Of a DNA stretch of 64,000 nt, positions 39,111 to 52,765 are shown piece by piece. The stretch covers positions 69,504,001-69,568,000 of the forward strand of contig NC_045696.1 in the NCBI RefSeq assembly GCF_009834535.1, in the 5' to 3' direction. Numbering within the stretch: the first letter of the stretch is position 1; every line of letters begins with the position of its first letter. Origin of the DNA: Camelus ferus (lineage: Eukaryota). The position numbers were made by a program, and so were the translations under genes. The notes below the pieces were generated by a model that was given only the letters and a program-made list of their open reading frames with translations, had not been told where the DNA came from and did not search any database.

Positions 39111-39439
39111 TTTGTCTCACACCAAATGTGTACTTTCTCAGAAGCATATTTGCAATCAACATCATGTCTTTGGACACTCGTGTGACCAGTCAAGACAATT
39201 AACCAAGGATTGGGGTGTGGTCTATGACTCTGGCAAAATCTGTTAGATTAGACATATGGGGAACGTATATCTTTAACCAAAAGTCTAGACACATGATCTG
39301 ACAAATATGATCACATATTTTTCTGTTGTAGAAAAATTTGAATATATAATGTCTATGGCTACCCAACTTGATCTGTCATTTTTGCCTTACTATGTTATCC
39401 AAACATGCCAACTCAAGACATTGAAATACTAGCTAAGTA

Positions 39440-39605
39440 GCTAACATTCTTGGTGAGCTTACTATGCAGCAAGCATCTTGTGAGGTGCTTTGCAGTCATC
39501 TCATTTAATCTTCTCAACTACCCTTTGAAGTGAATCTTATTATTATCTCCATTTTACAGGTGAGGAAACTGAGGCTTAAAAACTTGCCAGAGGTTACACA
39601 GCCAG
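39440..39605 (-). mobile_element. MIR SINE
   Basis: MIR core, reverse: tctcatttaatcttctcaac...tattatctccattttacaggtgaggaaactgaggct. Confidence 0.8.
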
Positions 39606-40058
39606 TAGGTTACACAGCCACATCTGTCCAGCAATGGAAGAGCAGTCTGTTTGATCTTCTCAGTCATTCTTCGATACTGACCTAACCATGACCCCTTAAC
39701 CTTATTAGATCATCAGAAGAGCCACTTCTGGGCAAAAATAGCTTGTGGCTTCTGGAAATTTTTATTAAAGCTCTAAATCTCCTGGCAATAACTTTCAAAA
39801 GTCATGATTCAGACCAGCAGTGATATTTGAAAACGGAATCATAATGCAAGTCTCCTGGCTACAGAGATGCTCTCGCTGCTGGAGAGAAATGCTCAACCTT
39901 GACATTTATGACAGTCTGTGCTTTCCCTGTTACTGGGTCTTTTGCCATTATTGTCTACTGAAAGGCACTGACCCTCATTCTATCCTCTCCAAGGAATCCT
40001 CTCTTTCAGGGCTAATCGGTCTGTCCTCTTCCTTGGTTGTCATTTCACTGGGATCTAG

Positions 40059-40610
40059 AGCAGTATTTCTCAAAGTCCTACCAACTGACCACCTGCATAA
40101 TGATCACCTGGGCACTTATTAAAATGCATATTCCTGAGCTCCACCCCACAACTGTCACGTAGAATCCTACAGATTGGGGCCCAGGGAGCAGCCTTTTAAT
40201 CACATTCCCCAGGTAACTCATATGAATACTACTGTTCGAGAACCACAAATGTAGTCCCCTCACAACTCCAGGCGTGATCACTGGACCAGCATCAGCAGCT
40301 TGTTAGCAAACAAGGAATTCTCAGGCCCCAGTCCTGAACGACTGAATCAGAATTTGCATTTTAATGAACGCCCTCAGATTTGTATTCACATTACTGTGCA
40401 TGCGGAGAACTAGTGATCTAGAACAGTGTTTCCTGTGCACATCATGGCATGCACAGAAAACACAAGCACTTGTTTGGCATACAGATGACAATGCCAGCTG
40501 TGGCATCAGGCTCAGCCCGCCCCACACCCCAACCTGGCCATCCTGAGGGCTAAGGAGATTGCTATCCGGGGCATACTTGTGCCACCGCACACTGGTTGAG
40601 GAGCACTGGT
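40059..40610. mobile_element. Cluster of adjacent MER5-type elements
   Basis: Repeated MER5 hallmarks: cagtatttctcaaagt, gagaaccac, ggaccagcatcagc, ctgaatcagaatttgcattttaa, gagaactagtg, ttgaggagcactg. Confidence 0.7.
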
Positions 40611-41951
40611 CTACCTAAAATAACCCCAGCCCTCCTAACTCTCTTCATGAGCAGCAGTCTATAAATCTTGCTTATTCTGTTTCTCTCATTTATCATCTCT
40701 TTTCCTGTATACTTAGAGTCTGAAAGGCTACTTCCCAATTAACAAGGCCTTAGAAATCTTCATGCAATGGTCTCATCTTCAAGTTCTGGGTGGACTCTGA
40801 GAAATGCAGAGAGAAAAGTTGTGTCTGTCATTCTGAAGAGTCGTCTGCTGTGGCCTCAAGAATACTGGGAAGAAATAAGAGCCTTCTACCCTTTGAAGAA
40901 CGCTCCATTCCTCTTAGTCCACAGATCTGAGGCGGCTTCCTCTCTCCTGAAGAGTGTGCCAAGAGGAATGTGATTGTATTTAATCCTTCCTCAGCAAAAT
41001 CTGCCAGCTTATAAACTGGACAGGTGTCCCTTCTCTTAGCCAGCCCCTGATAATGGGATGACAGTTGGGATGGAAGGAATGGAATACCTTCAGAAACACT
41101 TCCTGGTGAGACCATCTGATCAAAACGACCAAGTGTCAGGCCACACCATCTGACTTTGCAAAGCTCCCAGCTATGTGGGAACCCCATTGTTTTTCTGCCC
41201 CTCCCCCCACCCAATAAGGAAAATGTTGAAAAAATTTAAAGCTTAAAATGTTGAGCTCAGACTCTGAAGCAAATCTGACAAGGTCTACCCCTAATGAAGG
41301 ACTAAGCAAATACAGTTGAGAAAGAGGTGGGGGAAGGGGACTATTGCTACCAGATAACTCACTTTTTCCTTCTCTTTCTACCTTGCCTGCAAATGGTGTC
41401 TATTTCTCTTCACTCTGCTTCCCCCAATCAGAGCGTAGACAGAGTAGCACACATTTAAGCTGGATTAATGTGGGGCTATCCCTCCTCTGTCCTGAGACTG
41501 TACATCCAAGTCTCAAAAGGCTGTCTGATCCTCCCTTCGTGCCCCAACCATTGAAGTTCCTCTGCATTAGTAGTAGAAAGGACTGTGACCAGAGCCTGCT
41601 GTCACTTGCCCCCTCTGGTTGACTTTCATGGAACTCTTCCCTTGATTCAGACATAGGCAAGCAGGCCTTTCTCCTGCTCTGACCAGGAAGTTCAGAGAGC
41701 AGCTGGCAGTTCACCCAGAGCAGCCATGTTGTCTAAGAAAGAAATGGGTTTTTCTCTAAGTTCATAGCAAAAACAGTTGGTTTAAAAAAAAAAAAAAAAA
41801 AGTCTATCCCTGATCATCTGATTGACAAGCACTGGAAATACAGGATTGGGGACTGCCGAGGGCTTGGGCATCCCAGCCCCCACAGCATAGCTGTTGTACA
41901 CGACCGTTTCAAACCCAGGACACTGAACCATCTCTCTGCTTCGTGGTCCAG

Positions 41952-42042
41952 GATGAAGAATAAGCTGTGGTACTTTGAATTTGGCACCTCGGAGACCTTC
42001 GCAGCCACCTGCAAGAAACTCCATGACCACATAGAGTTGGAG
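41952..42042 (+). CDS. DGKG: DGKG internal coding exon (MKNKLWYFEFGTSETFAATCKKLHDHIELE)
   Basis: Acceptor ggtccAG (41950-41951), donor GTgagt (42043). 91 bp, phase 2-0 (AG|G = Arg joins the previous exon). Confidence 0.96.
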
Positions 42043-42544
42043 GTGAGTTCCCAAGGCTTGCTGGACCTTGGCTCTGTTCTTGGACTGTCACACACCCTCA
42101 GGACATGTCCCCTAGGGTTCTTAAGAGGTGATCCAGAGCGTCATCCATTTGTTGTGCCTCCATCCTGTTCCCAGCTCCTCCACAGCCTCACTCCCAGAAG
42201 GTTCCAGTCATGGGGCCTGCTTTCTCAGCCTATCCAGGGAGTCCTTGGGGCCCTGAGAGCTAGAAGCCCACAGACCCAAGGCCCCAGACCCTTCCTACCT
42301 TCAGCCCTCTCCCCACCACAGCCTTGCAATCTCCCCTTTGCAGAGAGGTCAAGACTTAGTTGCTGCCCACGCAGGGAGAAGAGCCACCATGGGGGTGGAG
42401 ACAATGTCCCAAGCCTGGTAAAAGCCTGGGAACTGATGGCCTCAGGGCTGCAGGAGTGAGGGGTCCGGGCATTGAGCCCAGAGGTGACCAGTCATCTCCC
42501 AGCTCACCCACCTCAGCTTTCGGGGACCTGACTCCCAGGCACCC

Positions 42545-42695
42545 AGTGGGCTGCATTGGGGTACACCTGTACAGTCGCTCAGAAGGGCCCTCGGTTTAAT
42601 GCTCTCCTGTCACCATCTTGAAACTCTTAATGATTTTTTAGCAAAGGACTCTACATTTTCATTTGGAACCGGGCCCCTCAAATTACACAGCTGCT
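42545..42695 (+). mobile_element. MER45A-like hAT-Tip100 element
   Basis: gctcagaagggccctcggtttaatgctctcctgtcaccatcttgaaactcttaat...cattttcatttggaaccgggcccc. Confidence 0.7.
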
Positions 42696-45600
42696 GGTGG
42701 TGGTGCATTTGTGTGTTACTGGCTCTCCCGGCGCTGGTGGCAGCCTGCCTCAGACGGCAAGCCGTCTTGATAAGCTGCCAGCCTCCCACCCCCCACCCCA
42801 CTTCTGCTGGGCTGCTCTCGTGAAACCTGCTTGCCACTACAAGGTCTCCTTGGTCTCTGGCCACCCAAAAGCCCAAACTTCTACGCACACCTCTGCTGTG
42901 AGGACCTCAGGCCCATGGGTTCTCTTGCCCTGTGGTTCTCATCTGTCAAGCCCCGCCCTTCCCGTGGGATCCAGGCCTCTTTTCACTTGAGAAAAACAAA
43001 TGAAAGGCAGAGAGTTCGGCCAGGATGGTCTCCTCCTGGCCCACCGGCTTTGTCCCTAAGCCTGCAGTAGCATCGCAGTCAAGTGGGGCCCGGGCATCCC
43101 TTGAAGGAGGAGCATTTGGCCCGAAGCAGTGTGGGAAAGCCCTGCCACTCCCTGCGGGAGGAGCCTGTGCTCACAGGGAGTTCGCACAAACAAAACACAA
43201 AGCCAGAGAGTCTGTGCTTCTCTTTGACTCATCTGCCTGCCTCTCCCCAGCGGTTGCTGGGTTACCAGCCCCAGGGTGGGAGGAGCCGACCCAGCTAATC
43301 CCCAAAACTTTTAACCAGCCCAGTAACAGGGCAGAGAGGCCCAGGAGTCAGATGCACGTGTCCCCAGGTGGGACCACCTACATCTGTAAGAGGCTGAGGA
43401 GCCTGCCATCCTCTGTGGATGCGGAAATTCACTGCCAGGGCTGCTGCAAAAGAGGAAAGGGCTGAGCCAAAGACTGAGCGTGGCTGGAGCTCTGTGTGCA
43501 TTTTTCCCATGGCATGATCATCTGGTGGGGTGTCTTTAAATATACCCCGAGTGAGGGACAGCCCTGGCCTAACCACTGCCAGCTGCAGGCACACAGCGAC
43601 TGCTTGTTCTCCCTGCAGCTGGCCTTGAAACTGTGCCCGGAATAGAGCAGCTCAGCTCCCCTGCCACCGCGGGGCCCCCGCCCTCCCAGCTCCCAGCTCC
43701 CGGCAGGCAGTGCCACGGTCCCTTCTGAGTCCAGTAGGCAGCAGGCCTTCCTCAACCGCAGAGGGGGCTGGTGGCCTCCAGAGAGGGGTGGGGGGGTTCA
43801 TACTGTGGGTCGTTGGGGGGTTTCGGGAGCACTTCTTGTTTTCCTTCTCTCCCCATAATGAGTCTTTTTAGTATTTATTCAAGAGGCTAAGGATGGGAGG
43901 CTTATATGACAGGCGGGGTATCTGACAGCCCACAGGAGTGGGGCAGGCATCATTTTTGCATCCAGAGAGCAGTGGGTGGACGGTCCTGGGTCTTGTGATC
44001 CAGAGGAGGAGAGAGAGACAACAGGGGAGGCACGTGAGTGACAGGTGTTAGGAGCCTGCAGGGCACCACAGGTAGACGGCAGAGCATCAGGGATCTCAGG
44101 GAGGGCAGTAAAAGACGCTGTGTTGAGGGCCCTTCCATTTGTGGCCCCTGCACACAATAACCCAGGCCTGGAGCATGCTCATCAGGTCAAGGTCAGCCGT
44201 CTCGAGAATAACCCCACACAGGTATTCATACTGCATGTCACCGTTTCCAAAGCCCCACCACAGCCTTTATTTGAGTCACACATCAAGCCAGTGAGCTAAG
44301 TAGGCCGGGTATTCTTGTCCCCGTGTCTCAGAAAGCAAGCTGAGGCATAGAGGTTTAGAAAGATAAACAGAAGGGAGAGAAAAGTAACAAGGGAAGAGGA
44401 AAAAGTCACATGCTCCGACTGCATGCTGTAATGTGTCCTCATTTGATACAATAACCCCATGAGGTTAGTATCATATTTTTTAATGAGGAAACTGAGGCTC
44501 AGATACACTAAGTAAGTTGACCAAAGTTTCGTTGCCGAAAAGTTGCGAGAGAGGAGATTCTAGGTATCCTGGAAGGAGTTCAGCTTAGAACCCAAAAAAC
44601 AGAGATTTACCTAACAAGTGCTAGAAACTTGGTGAATTTTTCCACGTGGATGCGTTGTTTTTTCCTCCTTTACTGAATGTGCAGCTATTTGGTTCCCTCA
44701 GCTGAGACAGCTGGGCAGGTCTGCTGAGAAATGCTTGAGAAGAACAGGAGGCACAGGCCTACTGCTCATTTGAGGAAGGAAGGGGTTCAGGCTGGACAGA
44801 AGGAGACAGAGTCAGAGGAAAACTTCCCTAAAGTTTACCAAAGGTTTTCCCACGCAGCATCTCATTTTAGTTCCATCCACAGAGCATGTAGGGCAGATGT
44901 TAATGTCCTCACTTCATGGGTGAAGAAACTGAGGCTGAGAGGTTCAGTGACTTGCGAAAAGGTACAAAGGTAAGGGGTTCAGGGGGACAGAGAGTAAAGT
45001 CTATTTCGTTTCTTTAGGTATGTGCATCTGTGTGTCCACCTTGGTAAAACTTGGATGGTGAAACTTAAAGCTTAAATGAGATTAGGCAGGAAAGGTCTCC
45101 ACTGAAAGTCTCTCACAGGGAACACAGCCTGTTTCTTGGAGGCTTGTGGCTTATTGAGAACTAGGAGACTTGGTCCCTTCCCTGAAATAAAGCTCACATA
45201 CGGCCCAGCTGACAGAACCCGGGAGAGCTGGTTAATAGAATACTCACTTAACTAGCGCTGAGGAAACTGGATCCACGTGGGCAATCACTCTGGACACTGT
45301 TTTGGGGGCTCAGAGACTCCAGTAGGGGAGGTGACTCCAGATCTACCGCTCACCTGCACACACCTGGCCAGGGCTGGCTCAGCTAATAGGGCTTGGCCCA
45401 GAGAGGTGTTAGCACTCCTCGGCTGAACTGTGTTGTCTGAGCCTCAGTATTCTCATCTATGAAATGGGAAGAAAGGGGGTTAGCCTACTTCCCAAGGCTA
45501 ATATTCAGATTAAAGTTTTCAGTTTTTTTTTTTTTTTTTTAAGCAACTGATAATGGTGCTAAATGCCTCACGGAATCTACAAAGCAGCCTCAAGTGGCAG

Positions 45601-48600
45601 GTGTCAAATCACCTTTCCAGAGAAGGGGGTAGAAGCTGAGAGAAGGCAAGAAGCTCACCTGAGGCCCACAGCCTCTGAGTGGTCAGGTCAGGCTTTAACT
45701 CCAGATTGGCCCAAAACCCAGGAGTTTCAGGGAAGTACTGGCGCTTCAGTCTGGAGCAGAGATTCTCAACCAGGTATGAGGCTTATCTGATCTGCTCTTA
45801 GTCACATACCTTAATTTATTTTAACATCTCAGGCAACATTAAAAGCAGGCATGAGGCTTTTACATTTATCAAAAAGCGAGAATAAAAAATTTGGCAAGTA
45901 CTTGCTCTAGAAGCTCCCCTCTAGGCACGCAGAGGAAGCTGGGAGAGCTGGTGCTGTTCCTCGGAAATGGGTGCTAGTATGTTGTGGGTGCCTCTAATGA
46001 GGATGCCAGCATGTCACCCACATGGCTGTCATCAGTCCTGGTCGAACAAAGGCATTCTCTCGGGGTTTTGATGTCCCTGACTCCCCTGCCCTTCCAAAGC
46101 TGCCCTTGATGTTTATTCTAATCTGATTTTACCTGAATAAATGGGTCGGGGTGGGGAGAGGGAGGGACACAGTGAGTCACCTCCCCCACCCCAGGCCCGG
46201 AATAGCCTTGCCTAGGCTTTGAGTTATAGTGAATAGTTATAGTTACAGTTAGGCGGAGCAAACCAGACAGGCTTCGACGCGAGCACTTATTTTATATGCT
46301 GTGGAAATTTTTCACTTTACTGGCTAAAAATAAGAACTTCCCAAATTCCTTGATACAGTATCTACTTTAAAACAATGTTCACAAGGGATGGCTTGCCAGC
46401 TCCACTAAGATGAACCTCTGCAGGGGGAAAAGCAAGTCCAAATGTGGAAACTGCTCCCCTGAAAACCTGTTCTCCAGCATATTTTGGGAATCTCTGCACA
46501 TCAGTTTCCCCCTTTTAAATGGAGGATTTTTTTAAAAATACAACAAAGGTTTGAGAACAGTACATCAAAGGCCAAACACTCCCATTTCCCCCTCACTTGG
46601 AATTAGTATTTGTCAGTATTTTGTTTTATTCCCTTCCAGTATCTTTTTAACCAAAGAAAGAAAATTTTACAGATGGAACTGAGTTCCCCACAACTCTCTT
46701 GGGCTCTGCAGCTTGCCTTTCTCACTCTCCATCAGATCTTGAGATCCCTTCGTGGTGAGGGTGCTAGAGCCAGTTCATTGCCTTTACCTGCTCTGTGAAC
46801 ACCCCACCCATGATGGGGAGGAGGAGCAGAAATAGTCACACTCAGACACTGCCGGTGGGGCATGAGCGGAAAACCCCTTCGGAGAGCAGTATGGCAGTAA
46901 ACGCTGAACTGAAAATGCACTGTGGGCCGAATGAACCAGCAGATGCTTCACGTCCTAGGCCTAGAGAATTTCCTGCCCGTGAGCTCACGAGGGGATGAGC
47001 ACAGAGGTGTACTGCAGCCCTTTTTTATCACAGCAAAATGGAGCCATCCCCAAAGACTGGGTTATTCTAACTTTGGAAAAACAGTGTGAGTGAAAGCACT
47101 AAAGGCCATTGAATTATACATTGTAAAATGGTTAATTTCGTGTCCAAAGAGTTTCATCTCAATGCTTTTAAGTGTGATTTTACAAAAGGGGCGTGTGCTT
47201 GGGATCTTGAAGCTGTATCATGAGATGGGCCCTGACTATGAGAATCCTAAATTCTAAAACTAACATTTAGCACAGCCATGTGCTGAATAAATAACAAATC
47301 AGATTAAGATTTAGCAGGTATCTTCGGCTACTCTGATCCAGTAAGATATCATTATTTTTCGTAAGAGGGAAATCAATGACTTTACAGGTTAAATAATTTG
47401 ACTGAGTTCACCCAGCCAGTAAGTGGTAGAAGAGAACCCGTGGCTGCTTTGGTACCCACCTGCAGTGTCGCACACTCCTAAATTAGAGAAGAAGACATCT
47501 TCAAGCACCTTGGCCTCTTCTGGCATCATCCACCCCTTCTCAGCTTGGGCAGGTAGAACCTTTCAGAGCTTGGAGTAATGAAGGTAGAAATTGGCCCAAC
47601 GCTCGGCCCATCAAGCCCACCACAGTGATCCCAAGGGCGATGAAAACATGTTCATGGGGGAGGTAATGCTGAGATGAGCATTGCAAGGGATTTTGAGTTC
47701 TTAGAAAATAAAAGGTGTTTACCTGATCATGCATCAAACCATAGAGTCAAAAGGCTGGAATGGGCCTTAGACATCCTTGTCCATTCATGGAGTCTGTTCC
47801 CTTCCTCAGTCAAGTCTGGTGGCTCCATCCTCATGGTGAGACCGCCCAAGGCAGCTCTTGCCCCTTCAGATGTCTTCTCCTTACCAATCCTACAGTTCTC
47901 ACTGCTCCAGATACCTCAGCCTCAGTTTCTTCCTGCTCCCTCCTACTGGGTGCACTATATTCTTTTCTTGATTATAAAAGTAATCCGAATCCATGGTAGA
48001 ATATTTTAAACCACAGAGAAGCAAAAAGGAAAAGTAACCCACAATCTCACCAATCAGGGATCAGTTCTATGATAATTGTTATAATGTTGGCCTTGTTTCA
48101 ATCCTGTAATAATATTAGCCCTTGTTTCTTTAAAAGCAGGCCTCTGGAGGACCTCTGTGATTCTTTGAGTTTCTAAACCTTTATCCATTTTTAAACACAG
48201 CTCCATCCTCCCTGTTTCTCTACCTCTTTCAGCCATGCACTGACTATAAGTTTCTTTCACTGATCCTTAAAATCTTTCAGCCTACTAAGAAGAAATTGTT
48301 CCTGTCAATTTTCTCTTTAAAAATCCCATTGTTTGCTTACAGTTTCTGACACATAACTTTTTCTCTCTTAAATGACCCTCATTTTATTCCCTACAAAGCA
48401 TACCCCCTGTCGCCCTTCAAGCCTCCATGCATCCATATGCTTTTATTTTCTTGTTCTTTTCCATTTCCTTTGTTCTTTGTGAATTGCTTTGATTTTCTTT
48501 GTATTCAGACTCCTGGTTACATATACTTGGTGTCCCCCAAGGACTTTGGAATAACTTTCAGGGATGACTTCTCATGCCTATGCCCTCACAAAGCAGGGAG

Positions 48601-50939
48601 GCAGGGATACACAGCACAGTGGATAGACAAGGCCCGAGGAGGTCTCAGAAGACCCAGGTTGGGGTCACATGACTCAGCATATCCGGCTAGAAGGCACCTC
48701 CACAGCGGGGTCCTGGGAGCTCTCTCGGCTAACCTCTGCCCCAACAAGCTTACCTTTTCTACCCTAAGGTCTCTTAGTGAATAACTTCCTCTAAGTTATG
48801 TCTACCAGACAAATACATCTTTTAAATATTAATGACCTGTGAGGCCCCATCAGTAAGGAAATGTATTATTTCTCTTAGGCTTTTTAGATTATTGAAAAGA
48901 ATTCATGATCTTCATCTCCACACTCAGGAGATTCAGGGACCTTGAGGGAAAACTATTCCAATCCTTTTCTGCTTCTGCAACTGGGTTATGAAACAGACAG
49001 AACATTACATACAAATATATCTCACTGGCTATAGTGGATTGGTCTTTGATTATCTATCTTAGTGAGGTCATAAACTTGCTGATCCTAGTCTTCTGTAGAA
49101 AAGGAATAAGAAGGGAGAAGAATTGACTCTTTCAGGAAGGGCGTATCACCTAACAAAGGACCAGATAAATTCTGTGCACACATACACATTATATCTCAAG
49201 TCCACCGGGATCCAGAAGTTCATAACAATAGTAGCCACTTAACTGAGCACTGACCTGAACAAGCCCTGTCCTGGCACCTTCATACACTGTCTTGTTTAAT
49301 CCTCACAAGAGCTCTGCGTGGTGTGTATTATTTACGCATGGAAAATGAGTCTCCTAAAGATAAGTACTTCGAGATTAGCTGACTTCCAAGCCCATGTGGC
49401 ATGTGTCCCCACCATGCCTTGGCACTCCCTGTAGGAGCTGGCCTCTGCATTACACTTCTGCTCTCCCCTAATGGATGTGGCATCTGAGTTGGTGGCGGGG
49501 CTGCCTTCGGGACTGAGCGCATCACATCTACTAGGCAGTCAGCTGTCTGAAGCAGGGACTCTATCTTATTCATCCTGTATCCCCAGGTCTAGCACAGTAC
49601 CCGAAATGAAGTAATTGCTCTATGGCTGTTGGTTGTACAATCGGACCCAAAGTGCGAAAAATCCCATATCAGTGTGAATGCGAACAGAAATTACTACTTG
49701 ACCAGCCTCAAGTGATGCCTGTTTGTTGGAAGCCACCAGCATGTAAGGGCCCCACCTCGCTCCATCTATAACGCGAAGTGGGTGCTGGCTGAGCTTGCAG
49801 CCTGGCGCCCAGGCCTTCTCCTAACTGAGCGGTGAGTGGGAAGACTGGGAAGACCTCCCACGCCTGTCTCTGTGCTGTTGCTGGGACCTCTGAAAGTAGC
49901 CCAGGGTCTGGGACAACTGTGAACCTAAGACAGGAAATGCCAGAGTTCTCCCACCTCTTTCCCACCAGCGAGTGAAGACAGTGAGTGGGCAGAGCCCAAA
50001 TGGCAGCAAGGGTGCAGGGCTGCTGTGGGGTCAGAGGAAGTGACTCCGAAAGGCAGAAGGGGTCTCCATCCTGAGCCCTCTCTCGTGTCCCAGAAGCCTG
50101 CCTGCTCCTGAGCCCTGCTGGTCCCTACGACCATCAGCCCAGCTCTGCCTGCAGGCAAGTTTGTCCCTTCAAGGAAGCCCCATCCACCCCAAGCTGGCCT
50201 GAGCTCCCCAGACAGACAGCAAAGCCTGTTAATCTGCACCCAGCGCAAGAATCCTCAACCCATCAGGGTTGTTTTTGGGGTTTTTTTTTTTAACTTGGGG
50301 AGAGTGGAGCAGCGGATGGGAAATGGCTTTGCCCTCCGTCCAACTCTGAGGCAACCCACCACCATGAGCTCTGAGAAACAGCAGTTTTGTTTCGGAAACT
50401 GGCACCCAGTGCAGGTTTGCTCCTGGAAATGAATTCGGTTCCCCCCTCCACTGCAATGTTCTGCTCCCAGCCTCTCTGCCAACACCCCCTTCCAGCTGCC
50501 CCTCTCAAAGGCACCATTGTGCCCGCCTGGCACAGCAACAGAGGAGGGCTGAAGAGGAAGAAAACATTCTCTGCCCATGGGATGTTCTTAAGCAGGTTGT
50601 GTGTACATGGCTTCAATGCTGCATTCCTTGAGCCCACACATCCCCGCCAAGACTCCATCATCCCTGTCACAGATGGCAGCCACTTTCCAGTCTCACTGGC
50701 CCTCCATTGCTCACCGTCAGAGAACGCAGGGCGTGCAGCTAGATGGACGAGGCTGGTGGGAGGGGGTCACAATGAGACTTTCTCAGGACAGCGCTTTAGC
50801 CTGCCAAAGCAAGGCTGAATGCAGACGCTGGGTCTCTGAACTGGAAGGAGATTTAGTCCCACGTACCACTCAACAAAAAATGAAGACTCAAATCCCTGTA
50901 TTCTGGCACATTCTGTTAAGTACACATCCAGCCTTTCCC

Positions 50940-51420
50940 TGAATCCTCCAAGGATGGAAAGCTCACTACTTTTGCAGAAGCCTGTTCCATTGCTGGACAG
51001 CGCTGACTTTCAAAAAGTTCTTCCCGATGTTGAACAAGGATATATGTCCCTTTCGTTGTCATATCTTTCCCTTGTCAGCCCTGAGCACAATGCTTGGAAC
51101 AAAACAGAGGCATAATACGTGTCTGTGGGGTGTCTGACGGAATTCTCCATCCTTTGGGCCTATTTCCACCCTCTGGGGACACACAGAACATGCCTTCCTG
51201 CTCCTCCGTGTGACTGCCCTTCACAGGGCTGAAGATCTATCTTCCATGTCATCTTCTATTGATCTTCGTGAGCTAGGCATCCCCAGTTCCTTATATGACT
51301 CGATGTACAGATTCATGACATCCTGACCACTCTTCTCTTGCCAGACTCCATTTTTTCCAATGTCCTCTTTAAAATGAAGAATCAAATCCCTGTATCTAGA
51401 ATATTCCAAAAGTCGTCTCA
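50940..51420 (-). mobile_element. L3/CR1 remnant
   Basis: gatggaaagctcactact...cctgttccattgctggacagcgctgactttcaaaaagttcttcc. Confidence 0.55.
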
Positions 51421-51486
51421 TAGGTAATAAAGCACAAAATTAACAGGTATCAGATACAGGCTGTGTAAGCTGGACTGTCTTCTTAA

Positions 51487-51614
51487 TTTTTGGATGGGGG
51501 GAAGTAATTAGGTTTATTTATTTTTATTTATTTTTTAACATAGGTACTGGGCATCGAACCCAGGACCTTCTGCATGGTAAGCACGCACTCTACCACTGAA
51601 CTGTATGCTCCCCA
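51487..51614 (-). mobile_element. tRNA-Ala-derived SINE (same family, more diverged)
   Basis: Same structure (gggaagtaattaggtttattta...aggtactgggcatcgaacccaggacc...gcactctaccactga). TSD ggactgtcttcttaattt / ggactgtcgtcttgattt (51472-51489, 51615-51632) with 2 mismatches. Confidence 0.88.
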
Positions 51615-51989
51615 GGACTGTCGTCTTGATTTCATCATTTGCGTCTTATGCAGGAAACCTGTAGGTTCATAAAGCCCACCCCAAACCTGGATAAATGTGG
51701 AAAAGAAGGACCTTCCTCAGTTTCAATGAGTCAGTGTTTTCCTCATCTGTAAAAAAGAGGATACAAATACCAACACTGGAGGGTAGTAAGGACTAGACAT
51801 AAAATATATGGAGTGCCTGGTTCATAATAGTTATTCAATAAATGATATAGTTTAATATTATCATAAAACATGTATATGTATTGGTATTTAACTGCCCATA
51901 ACAGACATTAGCTCCTAAAATGACATAAAACAACCTCTGAATATAAGGGAAGCCACTGCTCTGTAAGATTTAGCCACCTGCCAGGCCAA

Positions 51990-52336
51990 TTTTTTTTTTT
52001 ATTGAAATATAACTGATTTACAATGTTGTGATAGCTTCTGGTGTACAGCAAAGTGATTCAGTTATATATATATATTCCTTTTCAGATTATTTTCCATTAT
52101 AGGTTATTATAAGATATTGAATATAATTCCCTGTGCTATGCAGTAGGACCTTGTTATTTATCTATTTTATATATAGTAGTGTGTATCTGCTAATCCCAAA
52201 CTCCTAATTTATACCTTCCCCTCTGGTAACCATAAATTTGTTTTCTATGTCTGTGAGTCTGTTTCTGATTTATAAATAAGTTCTTTTGTATCATTTTTTT
52301 AGATTCCACATATAAGTAATATCATCTGATATTTGT
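51990..52336 (-). mobile_element. Older L1 3' end including the ORF2 stop codon
   Basis: Poly-T and a 3' UTR like the 37.9 kb copy; tttttagattccacatataag is the reverse of L-I-C-G-I-stop. Confidence 0.88.
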
Positions 52337-52584
52337 CCAGAAGTTTTTAACGTAGATAATACTGGACTGTCTTTCTAGCAATGCTATCACCACTCATCAA
52401 CACCACTCGATTTCTTCGCTTTTCTTCCCTCAGGATACACATTAGATTATTGACAATAAAAACACTCTAGTTCTTCTCTAGGGAAAACAGACAGTGCAGT
52501 TTGCCCTGACTGCTTGTCTTCACTCCAGTGAATTTCTCTATTCTGGCCACAGGCCCTGCGATATGCAGACATCTCCCACCTTCT

Positions 52585-52765
52585 CAGTGGTGTGCTGGAG
52601 CCAGCTAGCTTGCTGGCACGTCTGTTCCCAAGTCCGCTTTCAGTGATGTCATGTTGGTAGCTTGAAACTGGCCATAGTGGGAGTATTTACACCGTGGAAC
52701 ACCACAATCAGAGCTGCTTTTGTCCCTGGAGATCCTGCTGTTAAGCATTGAGCAGCACAACACTG
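52585..52765. mobile_element. MER63-like hAT-Blackjack element
   Basis: Terminal inverted repeats cagtggtgtgctg (52585) and cagcacaacactg (ending 52765); internal ttggtagcttgaaactggccatagtgggagtatttacacc. Confidence 0.75.

Noticed and set aside
41953..42459. 168 aa ATG-initiated ORF
   Set aside because: The Met is an internal DGKG residue, and homology stops at the GTGAGT donor at 42043.
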